A stretch of 50,362 bases of DNA, the filler included, from Catajapyx aquilonaris (lineage: Eukaryota), in assembly GCA_000934665.2 (NCBI GenBank). It is 3 parts of 3 records of this genome, joined end to end, with 100 filler letters (N's around TTAATTAATTAA, not from the genome) between each part and the next. Parts side by side here need not be neighbours in the genome. Positions count along the whole stretch, not along the records: positions 33,541 to 50,362 come from JYFJ02007147.1; 2 more parts are not named here. One strand, 5' to 3'. How positions within the stretch are numbered: position 1 is the stretch's first letter; the number at the start of each line of letters is the position of its first letter. This document shows positions 36,501 to 48,700 of this stretch, piece by piece. The position numbers were made by a program, and so were the translations under genes. The notes under the pieces were generated by a model that was not told where the DNA came from, did not search any database, and saw only the letters and a list, made by a program, of their open reading frames with translations.

Positions 36501-39500
36501 TTGTCGCCTCCTCCCGTTCCTCCCAACATCTCTGGACCCCCCATTTCCAATTGTGAATTCAGAGAGCATTTGGCTACAGTCATGTTCGCAAAAAAAAAAA
36601 AAAAATGAGAAGTTTTTCTTTTGCAGCAGTTTGTTTCCGAAGCACTGTGTATTGACAATTCGTGCCTTCAGGGAGACTGAACTTTTGTGCACCTTATACT
36701 GAGGGGATCGATAGGTTTGCACAGAACTGAAAATGTGTGTCTTCTTGGGATGTGTTTTGAGAACGATTTTGATGTCAAGAGTGCTTTTAGAGGGTAGGAA
36801 AAACACAATTATGCAGTGTACTGTACTGCACTCTGCACTAGATGTGGAACGGAAAGGTTGAACCTAACAACTGACTTGCATTGTTGCTATACCCACTATA
36901 TGCATGGGAGTCATTTCTAAAGGCATTACTAGTTTGAAATGGATTGGAGGAAATCACCTTGAAGGCTACAGAATGCGCTGAGAAAATCATATTTTGATTG
37001 CAGACGATTCCTTTTTTCTTCGGAACAGAACGAATTTTTATGCTGAGGAGGTATGGATGACAATTTGCAAGCGAATCGCATTATCCTGCGAGGATTCAAT
37101 TTTAGGAGTTTTGGCAGGTTCGTCCGGAGTTTGCGAGAGGAAGAGTTCTTTTTAGTGGGTGGTGGGTGGGGTCGTAATCCGACACCGTTTGTCTTCTCGC
37201 AGCCAGAGTCGAAGCTAGATCGTTAGCAAACCCTTTTTGACAGGCAGAATTTTGGCAGTGTCCCAGAGGGTCTGGAAAGGAGAACGACCCTCTGTCATAT
37301 TTTTTTTTTGTGTGGGTGACACCCCCGCCCCATATTCTACTTGCACGAGTGCAAACTGCATTAACTTTGCCTGTCTGACCGTAACGATAAGGACAATAGT
37401 TTTCGGCTGACTACAAGGACATCGGATTTTCCAAAGGACTTTGTAAGCGTGGAAATGACCTTGCGAGGGGTGACTTTAACCTGATCGGTTCGCTAACCTA
37501 TCTTTTGTCGTCATATCGGATACATGGGGGGGGGGGGGNTCCACTCACCTCCACGATCCGAACAATAGGGTTTAATTCAGAAACGTCTATAGTACCCACA
37601 TCCTAACTTATGGTTGTTAAGCAATGCACGGTAGGGTTTCAAAATAGGATTTCTTATGGACCGCACTGTACCTACCATTCTGATTGGTGCAGCGGAGACC
37701 CCGCGCCCTCTGCTTCACCAATCAGATCGCTTAGGGTGTCTGAGGTGGAGTGGAGGGGCAGAGGTCGCCCCGCCCACTTTTTGATAAGTTATGGTGTGGG
37801 TACTGTAGTTGGCACTAATATAACTTCCAGAGTTCCAGTGGCTTATTAATATGTTTAGCGAATACCAACACATAATCGGATATCTAGCCTAATTTGCGTT
37901 GATGCAAACCCTTGAATGTGGGTCACCTGTAAACCTACATTGGGGGTCAATACGTAGCGCACGTGTGCCTCGGAGCATTATTAGCTATACAAAGGAAGCT
38001 GAGCCTGGATGGAGTAATTTGATTGGACCGCTGCCGCCCGTTCCTTTCCAAAGCGTCTCATCCGCATGCCTTGATTGGATCCCGTTAATGCGGACTCAAT
38101 CATCCAAGCCCCGACCCCGCCAGGCAGGAGATCCAGCCCTCTCTCTCTCTCTCCTTTTTTAGAGTTGTTTTCAAGGTCTCCGGGTTGTAAATCCGGTGGA
38201 GGGGTGTCCGGATTAGGTTAGGGATCAAAGTGGCGTCTAGAGAACTGCGGCGGGAAAATCGTACTGGCTTCAGCTGGGGATTCAAAAGCATGCCAAGCAT
38301 GCAAGCTTTTGAGTGAACGGTTGGACGGTTGACGTCATATCGCTTGGAGAGACTAGCCACGCCCGTCGGGTGATGTCACAATGCGCATGGTCGTGATTGG
38401 CTTGTGGATGAACTATAACTGCTGGGATTGGTTGAAAGCCTTCGTGTGAATGGATACGCAGTTGCAAAATTTCTAGTGCTTTGCAAAGCTGGCAACAACT
38501 TTTAATTTGGGCACTGGCGGCTTTTAGGCGGGCTTAAAAGCTGAAACTGGCTGCGTTGTTGTCCCCAACGGATTCACACCTTTCGTGACTGGGAGCGAAT
38601 TAAGTTATAACACCTAGTTTTAGCAGACTGTGGGAATCGCACTTAATGAAATTAACCAGCAGTACTTTCAAATCGATTCTTGCCTTGCCAACACTGTGGA
38701 ATTGCAAGGAGTGATTCTATTATGTGAAGGGGAGGGGGGGGGGGGTAATTATAATTAATGAAATTCCACTGTCTGCTTCTGCCAGGCCGTAATTCCATAC
38801 CCGCTGCTTCGGAGTTGAAAAGTTTTCCGACGGCGGTTGCAGACGTAAGTGCTCTATTGCCCTTAGGGATTTTTGGCACGTGACCAAAATGTTGAGCGAC
38901 AAGACAAGAAATCGTGGCTTCTTCTCCGCTGCGGCCGATTAACCGTTGGGTCCTTTTGTTCCTAAAACGAGATCGACTGTTTCCTGGAAGGGCCCAAGTG
39001 CCTGGTAATCGGCTGTTAATTAACTGACTGAGAGCAGACCCATAAGGGGATTTAGTCATTTTGCGGGGAATCCCTTCGCTCCCTCTGCTGTCTTACTGCC
39101 ATCCGCCTCCTCACGCTTCGGAACCAATCCTGAGACCGGGTGCCACCCAGGATTACACCCGGAACCATTAAACGGCTGCATCTCACCTTTATGAACAGTT
39201 AACTACCGGTCTCACATGGGCGGTTTAACTCTGGCATGGAGTTGGTGGCTGGAATATACGATTGGCGAAAATTTGAATATTTTCTTGAGCATATCATCTG
39301 GTACGCGCTTGATGCAATCCGGTTAGGCAGAAATGGCGCAGTTTCCTGTATTCTGTTCCGGACGTGAACTGGAATATATGAAAGTGCGGCGCTGCATTGA
39401 ACGAACACTTCAATGGAAGTGAAAAGTCGACGAGATTTGTGTTAGTAGCAGCAGTGTGAAATCAGAAGCGGGTTGTTTCATATGGTCTCTATACAGACTC

Positions 39501-42500
39501 GTATATTATATTATACAGGAATTTCCTCTGCGGGTTGGAAGTTTTATCCGAATTTTCTGTGCATTGCAATCCCTCTCGGATGTCTCAAGTTGACCAGGTT
39601 CTGAAGTGACCCTCCGCCGATCTGGAAGCCGGCATGCCCTCAGGGCTAACCCTGGAGAGGTAGAAGTTGTAATTAGCACTCGGCTGGCAGAAACTCGTTG
39701 AAGAGGAAGCTGTTTTCGGGAGAGAGGGAGCCAAGCCGTCAGATAACGCTCATTTTCCCGAGCTGTCCCCCCTAACTTTTCCGGAGTGCCACTCCAGTTA
39801 TGTGGAACGCCCTGGAGGACACTTAACGGACCATGGTCCCGGCCAATCAGGTTTCTTCCAGGCACTGCACCCACGCCGCATAATTATATAGGGTGCTAGA
39901 TATAAAAACTGGGAAGTGAAGTGGCTAGAGGCCAACGCCAGCCTGAAAAACTGCCCGATTTTTACACGCTTTTTACCGATAACATCCCTTTTCCCTCGAG
40001 GATATCTTGGAGAAAGCACTGTACAGACCTGCAGCGATTTATTCTGTCGCCATGTACCGGATGTTGAACTGTCCACTATTGATGTAATGGACAATCCTGT
40101 TGCATATATTCATCAACAAATTTCTTTCAGCTCCGGAGTGAGTTTAGTTAAGCGAGGAACAATTGATAGGTGCAAGTTGGCGTTCGCAGATGATTACCGC
40201 CACTAGGGTCCTCCCTTTTTGGAGCCTGATGGCGGCCATCTCCTTGGCTAATGTCCCCCTGGGCCATTCCATTGCCAACGAGCCGTCGAGGCCATTTGGC
40301 TGGAAAAGGGGGACGACGCCGCTTTTCTCCGGATGGCTGATGCTCCAGTGAGAGTGAGAGAGAGAGAGAGAGACGGAAACCTCTCTATTTGGGCACAGGC
40401 TCTCCCAACTCATGGACCCCTCTCTTTTTCCTTCATGGCAACCAAATAGCCAAGTCAGGCACCACTTGCACGCGAGAACATCTTGGGCCACCAGAGGATG
40501 CACTTTGAATCTGGACTCTTATTAGGTTCACTTCCAGGTCACGTGCATGACCTCCTTTTTTGTGCCTTAAAAGTGAGCAGAATTTGTGTCTTTTGAAGAC
40601 CTTTTTTTGTGGGGGTCTGATGGTGAGCAGGGAGCAGGAGGCTCAAAGCAGGTCAAATCTTGATGACCTCCCTGGAAATCTCGGGCAGCTGAGGAAGGAA
40701 ACGGGTCACGCTTATCATCGTCCCTGGCCAGTTGTTGCCAGAGGATTTGCTCCGGGTTATCCTCAAGTGTACAGTGAGGGATAAAAAAGAAATTGTTATT
40801 GCTGTGATGGTACAGGTCATCAATGTCAGATGTTAGACCTTGTAAAATGCAGAATCTGCTGTGCAATGAACTCCGTGGCATTTTGAGCTTCGTAAGCCGG
40901 TCGACCTTTTGACCTCCCCAGGAATCCGTAACCTTTCGACATTTTGAACCCGGCTTTTTAGTACCTCCAGCTTACATGACTTCAATATTCAGTTGCGAAA
41001 TTGTTGCGAATCTAGTGTTTTCTCTGATGTTTTTGACACTGTTAAAGTGGCCGTAACCTGAAGTTTATTGCCAGCTGTAACCGGGCATAATCGACATTTT
41101 GCTACCTACGGATGCTTCGTTTTTGCATCACGTTTACAATTCGGATTAAACCAGTGGCGTCAGTGTCGCTTCAAAGCGGATAATTATTTTCTTTAGAGCT
41201 GTTGCAGGATAGCAATCAGATAGGACGGCAGTGTAATCAGTCTTTTTCATTGAATTAATTCCGGTCGTAATTAATCACCCTCGCTTCTGCCTGGACAGAA
41301 TCTATACGAGAAAAAAAAAAGCAACAGGAGGCAGGTCCTTGAGTGAATCCCATTTGACAGGTCGGGGGCTGCAGAATAGGATCGGCAAAATCCTGATGGC
41401 GAAAATGTTTTAATGCGAAACAGGATCCTGGGCTGGATGCTTCATCAGCGAAATGCCATTAAATTGGCGACGCTGCATGATTTATGGGACGGAAAGCAAA
41501 TTTTTTTTCAGCTGGAGTTACTCTTTAGCACCTGCTTTTCTGCCCGAATCCGAATGATTTTATTTTTTATTTTTTATTTTTTTACATCTCGAGCTACGAG
41601 AAGTAGTCGAATTTATGCTGTGTCGTATAGTTGTTGCAATTTTGTGCCTTGCTGCAACTATGGTGCTTTGCCAAATTGGATTAGTTCATTTCCAATAAGT
41701 TGGGCTGGTGTTGGCCCAAGTTTCTCGTCGCCATTTCCGTGCTGTTTGTTGGTGCAGGTAATTTGGTTATGCGGATCAATTTTCCAGTAAGAAAACAACC
41801 GCTTTGATGACGGAGCCAGCTCGATTTTTACATCGCCATTGCCTTCCAAACGATCCTGGCTTTCGATACAGCTGGTGTAGTTTTTCTTTTTCCAAACGAC
41901 ATGTCTTGGCCCTTCCCCCCATTTTTTATTGTGAGCGTTTGACGCACACGATATATGATTACAGGACACTTACATTGTTCGGAACTGGCGCATATCCCCC
42001 TCGATGGCAATATATCTTTTATTGCTGATCTGCACGAGATGGGCATACTTATGAAACGTTTGCTGCAGAGAGGACAACCAAACGGCATAACCTCTGGTTG
42101 TATATACGAGCTTATGAGGGCCATGAAAAGCTGCTCACGTGCTGCGGTCACACAGACTTTCCATATACTGCTGTGTGTCCCGCGATCATTACTTTCCATT
42201 AAGTCTACCAGCACTCATCGACCAAGCGGGTGCTGGTGTTACGGGTTTTTTTTTAAACAAAAAAATTGTAGAGATGAAATGCATTTGCACGTCCCGCAGC
42301 TTATGGGCCCTGCACGCAACTAACACCCTCCGTATTAGCTCCAGCTTATCGTGTCCCGGAATCATAGCCTGGAAGCATCGTTTCTATGGCTTGTGTCCGA
42401 TTTTTATCCTGAAAATCCTACTTGCCGTTGTATGATGAAGAGCACTACAACCAATTGCGCATTTGGTACCAATTAGCATGCAGTTTTTGTGTGATTTGAA

Positions 42501-42503
42501 AGA

Positions 42504-42522
42504 TCCTTAACTTGAAGTGTAG
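42504..42522 (+). promoter_or_regulatory. U12-type (minor spliceosome) branch point and 3' splice site
   Basis: Exact TCCTTAAC at 42504-42511, then ttgaagtgtag with no polypyrimidine tract; branch A is 12-13 nt from the exon. Confidence 0.8.
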
Positions 42523-42705
42523 TTTGGGCAGACCTGGAGTGGACATCCACATAAAGCATGAGACGGAGGCGGCTGTGTTGCAAGTTCAGTTTCTGATGAA
42601 TGAAGGGGCCCTGGTGACAGTGACTGCCGACGACTACATACACCTCTGGAACTTCAGGCAGAAGAGGCCCGAGGTCCTCCACTCCCTCAAATTTCAAAGG
42701 GAAAG
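42523..42705 (+). CDS. STXBP5: Tomosyn exon
   Basis: LGRPGVDIHIKHETEAAVLQVQFLMNEGALVTVTADDYIHLWNFRQKRPEVLHSLKFQRE; donor gtaggt. Confidence 0.95.
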
Positions 42706-45700
42706 GTAGGTCTCTCTCTCTCTCTCTTTTTTTGACATTTCTTTTGGCAGTAAACGGACTTAACGCACGCGTAATTTCTCTGTGAAAAAGGATCACCAAC
42801 ATGCACCTGGCTTTCCAAAGTAAATGGCTCTACGTGGGAACAGAGAGGGGAAACGTCCATATCGTCAACATTGAGACCTTCCAGCTGTCGGGCTATGTCG
42901 TCAACTGGAACAAGGCCATCGAGCTGTAAGTGTACCAACTCATCTAACCAAATATTACGGATCTGTCCAGTGAGAGTTCGTGGCTGGTTTCTAAGATGTC
43001 CAGGTTAAAGTTAGCACACAAATACCCGCATCTTCTGGTCGTCTTTAACCTTGCGTTTAAATGTGTCTGAAGCAGGAGCTTTTCCTTCATATTGGCTTGA
43101 ATGCGCTTCCGTGTTGCGTGCACATTCCCGCCCCTCCGTCCATTTCTGAAGTATGGAGGTGCCTCGGTTACTTAACGACGGACTTCTTGCTTGCTTTATC
43201 GGAAGTCGATATTATAGGGTCAAGCAAAAACAATTGAGTCCAGGTCCCATGTGTCTCGAACCGAATTAAAATCGAGACTCGAGACGCGTGACTCCATTCA
43301 GGGTGAGGTAGTAGATGGGGCCTATATACCTCTCTTACATCATGGCTTGGTTCCACAATGATCTCCAGCTGGGAAGGATCCAGANTTTTTTTTTTTTTTT
43401 TTTTGAAATATTGGGCCTGTTCGAATTTTTGGGGTTAGCCGACCGTTGCTGGAGATTTGGCTTGGCTAGCAGGCAGTTTCCGAATTTTTGTTGGGTGGCC
43501 TTCAAACCCTGGATTTGGATTCACTCGAAGAATCGGTTGATGTGTGAATTTTTAAGCAAATTCATTAAATTATAGGATTATGTTAGCATATGTGACTAAT
43601 AATAATGACAAGCCAGGATTTAATTACCGCGTCGCACATCCTCCGATATGGGAATTTTATATCCGGTTAAATCCACATTCGCACAAAAGGTTTTTTCCTC
43701 CTCTCGAATTCAAAAGTAGGTGGGTGATGTGAAGTGGAAAAATTATCTGCGTTCAATGTTTAGTGTGAGCCAGGCTAATCCGGTTTATATGATAATTGTC
43801 GAGTAATATGCCCGATTTTAAGCACCGTTATCGCCAATATAGGGAAAAAAAGGACTAAAGTGATATAAACCGCCCTTATCAAATATGGTGCGCGACCATT
43901 ACAGATTTTATGCGCCATGTTCTAGCAAAAATTAGCGTAAATGAGAAATATTTACTATTGAATGGATCAGTTGGCGTACTTATTCGAGCAGAAGTGATTT
44001 TCGCCTGCAATATTTCACACAATATGAAACTTCCCTNCCCCCCCCTTTTGCATGGAAGGCGATTATGATGCGCGGTGCTGCGACACGTCGATCAGGAAAT
44101 TAGGTATTTCCGATGCGACTGGATTTTATGCTCACAAAAACCGGGGTTGTAATGCACCTTTTATCATTCCGGATATTAAATATTTTGATCGTGTTGTCCT
44201 TCAGGCAAACATTCCAAAGAGGGAAAAATTCAACAGCCACATGTTATATATGTACAGTACACCACATTTTTTTAAAGGACATAAGTTCTTCATCCCAGCA
44301 GCAACTGGAGTCGAGAACTTTGATCCTGTCGTAAAACTATGCGGCGATAAAAGTTTTCTGACTCTCATGTACGTGGGCTGCAGTTCAAAATTCGGCAGTT
44401 TTTTTTTTAAACCAAGGTCCATGTTCATTGCAAATCCCCCCCCTTTTTACTTGAAAAAAAAAGAAAAGAAAATATCTTCCAGAAGCAATACCCAGAGTGA
44501 CAGCTGTAGGAAACCGTTTCCTTTCCCCAGAGTGATTTCTTTCGACCCAGAAAACGGATTGGGATCCAAGAGCGTTAGAAGGCATGAAAGAACTCGTGGG
44601 CTTGCTTTCGGATTGGGCCACAAACCTTGGGACAATTTGAACGACAGAAATGCGTCGATCCGAGTTTTTTTTTTTTTGCCTGAAATGAAATAAAACCTGA
44701 GAGAGAGAGAAAACGTCGGGACGGAAACGAGTTTTCGTAGCATATTTTATTTTTCGGAAGTGAAAGATGTCAGGATTGTGAACCACATTTTCCAGTGACA
44801 TTTTTCTAAAGGTGGAAAATGTGCTGACGTAGAAGGTTTTAACGTCTTTAGCCTCAGTTGCCCCCCCCCCTTCAATAATTGAGTGGTTATGTAATATCAG
44901 GGAGGGGAGGGGGGCAATAATTATTGCAATCACCTGTATAATTATGGCTTAATAATTAATTAGAGCTTATACTCTACTGGGCCCCAGGTTATCGACATAA
45001 ACGCTGCTTGAATAGCGGCTGACCTGAGTCGTTTTCCTCAATTAAATTAGTAGCAAAATACATTGCATGCCAAATTTTAGTGTCACGTGGTTGACTAGTG
45101 ATGACTCCGACCTTTTCGAAATTACGACCCACTGATCCGCCCATTCGTTTTAATGATGCCACCTGGGGAAATTATTGAATCTGACCGTTAACCTTTCAGC
45201 TGTGACTACAAATCGGATTTATATACTAGCGTGTGATTTGCTGTTAACCCCTTTCATTGCCAGGATCAGTCAGGAAAACCTGTAATATTTTTTAAATGTC
45301 TTGTCAATTTCATCCTGGGCTGATGGCGACTCTATGCATATGTTGCATAGAGTCAAGGATGAACCGGTTGGAGTGAAGTGTCGTAAATCACTTCTGCCAT
45401 TTTTATGATCTGTAAGGAGCTGCACTTTGGCGTTTAATGTGCGGCGGTAAGATTGCAATTTTATGTCACATATTCGCACTGGATTTATGAGCGTGCGCTC
45501 ATGACTTTGGTGTCAGCAGTGTTTGAAGTAGGACGACACTTTCTTGTCTCAGCTCAGCTATGTTTGCGGGCAGACTAGGCCATCATTCCAAGTCTGTTGA
45601 ATAACCGCCTCCCGCTTTTCTTTCTGCCTTTACAATGCTCGGGTGTATATAACCCCTCCCAGTATTGATCAATCAGGGAGAGCCCAGGGGTTTCTAATGG

Positions 45701-48700
45701 TTTTCGGTGGGGGAGAATGGGGCAGTCCCCAAATAAATCCTTTTCTTCGGCCTTTTCTTCCCCATGTTTTCGGTTTCTGATCCTACCACAACAGCGATTA
45801 ATCGCCACCCCAATGTTTCCCCTTCCATTAGCGATTTTTTGTGTATTATTTTCTGAGTGGTATTGACTCTGCCCATTTGTCCGGCCGCTTCCTTTCTTGT
45901 TGTCATGACGTCGCTGATACTGCAGCGTTGTTAATTGGAAGAATTTTAGCAGATTTTTCATTCCCGTCTGTGGGCGGATGCAATCGACCTGAAGAATCCG
46001 GTGCGGCTAATTGCGGCTGCGGCTGAATTATTGGGGTCATTTACACATCACTGAGGAAACTGGACCTGGTCAGGTATTCGGTTGCCAATCCAGAAAGTGA
46101 CCATCTGTATCAACATGGTTGAATTCTCCGGACGCCACACAAATTTACCGGAAAGTACCATGCCTGACCTAGATGGTCACTTTGTGTTTCTGGATTGGCG
46201 AGCAAATAGCAGTATGTAGCAGGTCCAGTTTCCTCAGTGTTGAGTGAATGATCCCGTAGAGATGCAATATGCTTGTTTGGATTGCTATTTAAGCCGTGGA
46301 GCATAGCTAGGGAAGGGAAGCATATTGTGGCATATTAGTACAAACGTGGTGTAATGGTACATAAATCTGAGAGCTGTATTACAGAAACATTGTAAAAAAT
46401 AGTTATGTACGACCATTTTGCAATGGTGAAAAGTTGTTTGCCACATCAATGCCACATTGGATTGAATGATGGTAGGTTAAATGTTGGATGCTCATCCCCC
46501 CAGTATTATGCCAGTGGTGATTATGCATACATCTGCATAATATCGCATGCCGTGTGATGGTCCCTGGATAAATTGTCATCCAAACTACATTTCATGGTTT
46601 AGCTCGCATGATTCCAACTGGAACATGCAAGAGCTCTTGATATGGATGTTTCAACCGACGTCTGATTATTTCTCTTTTTTTACAGTTCAAGGAAGACTCA
46701 TCCTGGCTCTGTGGTGTACCTTAGAGAAAATCCTGCGGATTCTAGCAAGGTACGTATCGCAATATCAAAATTAACCTAGTCCTAGAAAACCTTCGTCGTT
46801 TTGCTGAATATGTATTTTCAACCAGACCATCCTTGCTTTACTTTTCTGGTGCTTAGGAATGTCTACCTCATGAAGTGTACCTTGGGCTGATGGGGATTTT
46901 TGATTGATGGATAATTAACAAATCGATGAGACACTTGGTGCTGCCCAGATTATTATTTTATCTGGGATTAAATATTTGCTTCATTATAGGGGATGGGAAG
47001 AGCACCCACTGTTTAATCTACTCGAAAATGCCAATCATGATTTTTCAAGCACTCCTTTTGAGATAAAGGTTTAAGCAAGTTGAAATATAGAGTCGACTTA
47101 CTTTCACTTTATACTTGTTGTTGTTAACGAAAAGTCGCGGCCTCTTGCTAATATGAAATTGTTACTTTTTCAGCTTTTGATAGGTTTTGAGTCTGGCCAG
47201 GTAGTTTTGTGGGACCTTTCGAACAAGGTGGCGGAATTTCGGTACCAATCAGCCGAGCCCCTCAAGTCCGTCAGTTGGCACCACGAAGGCAAACAGTTTT
47301 TGTGTAGTCACACAGATGGATCCATCACCACCTGGGGAATCAGGCAACCAATTAGGCCTATGTCCGTCATGCACCCACATGGTTAGTGCTTCTTCAATAA
47401 TCTATTGCAAGATTGTGTATGAAAATAATCATTCTGAATTTCTCGTGTAGCTAAAAACACCAAGGATGGTAAGCCAGAGCCGTGCAAGCCAATACAAAAA
47501 GTGGAGTGGAAGACCTCGAAAAATGGGTGTGTACATATTCACAGCCGTAACTTGAATGAAGCACTATGAGATCATTTGTTACTTTCAGAGAGACGTTTAT
47601 GATTTTCTCTGGTGGGCTAACGTATGACACCGCAGGACGCTCGCCAAGCATCACCGTCATCCATGGGAAAACCACCACCGTTCTGGAGATGGAGCACAAC
47701 GTGGTTGATTTCATCACCCTCTGTGAAAGTCCCTGGGAAAGCGGTAAGCTCCTGCAAGTCTCCACCGATGATCTTGCGATTAAACACAATGTTCTCTCTT
47801 CTCTGGCAGACCTCCAAGATCCGTATGCTATTGTTGTGCTGCTGCAGAATGACTTGGTGGTGATTGACCTGCTGACACCTGGGTACCCCTGCTTCGAAAA
47901 CCCTTACCCCATGGACATACATGAGTCTGTGGTTACCTCTTGCTTCTACCTGGCTGACTGTCCTGCTGACCTGGTTCCAGCCTTTTACTCCGTAGGTTCT
48001 AGAACGCAAAAGAGGACTGGGTTTAGTGAGAAGGAATGGCCTATCAACGGAGGGGATTGGGGCACTTCTTCCTGCAGTTACACCGAAATGATTCTTACAG
48101 GGTAAGCGCTCATCCAAGTCCGGAGGGGAAAGTATTTCCTGAATTGGCTTGGGTCTGTGTGGGAGTGTTGTAATGTTATTGATTTTTTTTGTGTTTTCCT
48201 GTGCAGCCATGCAGACGGGAGTTTAAAATTCTGGGATGCATCAGCCGTGTCCCTTCAGCTGCTTTACAAGCTGAAAACAGCCAAGGTGTTTGAGAAGCCC
48301 CGGGCGAGGAGCATAGAGGGTGACGATGAGCCCTTCGCCATAAACCACATCCAGTTGTGTCCAGAGAGCAGGATTCTCTGCATTGCTGGCGCGTCTTCCC
48401 ATGTCATAGTCTTCAGGTTCCGGAAGCAGGAGTGCACCAGTGAGACCCCAGTGAGGATTTTTAAATTATTACTAACCCCCTCTCTCTAATCCTGAGTGGT
48501 CATTCCACATTAATGGGTGCTTGCGTACTTAGGCACTGGAAATTCCAATAATCTACGAGGTGAATGAAGAGCCAGAGTATTCCCCAAACTATGACTATCC
48601 ACCACGACAAGCATCTTCCACCCAAGGTTCCTACTGTTCCACTGATGCTGATAATAAGAAGGTGAGATTTTTTTTGTTGCGTACGACAATTGTATGCCTG

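Noticed and set aside
43304..43335. TGAGGTAGTAGAT, matching the 5' end of let-7-family miRNAs, in a small hairpin
   Set aside because: The match stops after 13 nt and the hairpin (about 30 nt) is far too short for a pre-miRNA
44052..44933. Long ORFs (213 aa +, 182 aa -) in the tomosyn intron; also 35989-36702, 1162-1794, 2922-3500 and 21294-21791
   Set aside because: No recognisable domains; composition is often driven by homopolymer runs; overlapping ORFs occur on both strands
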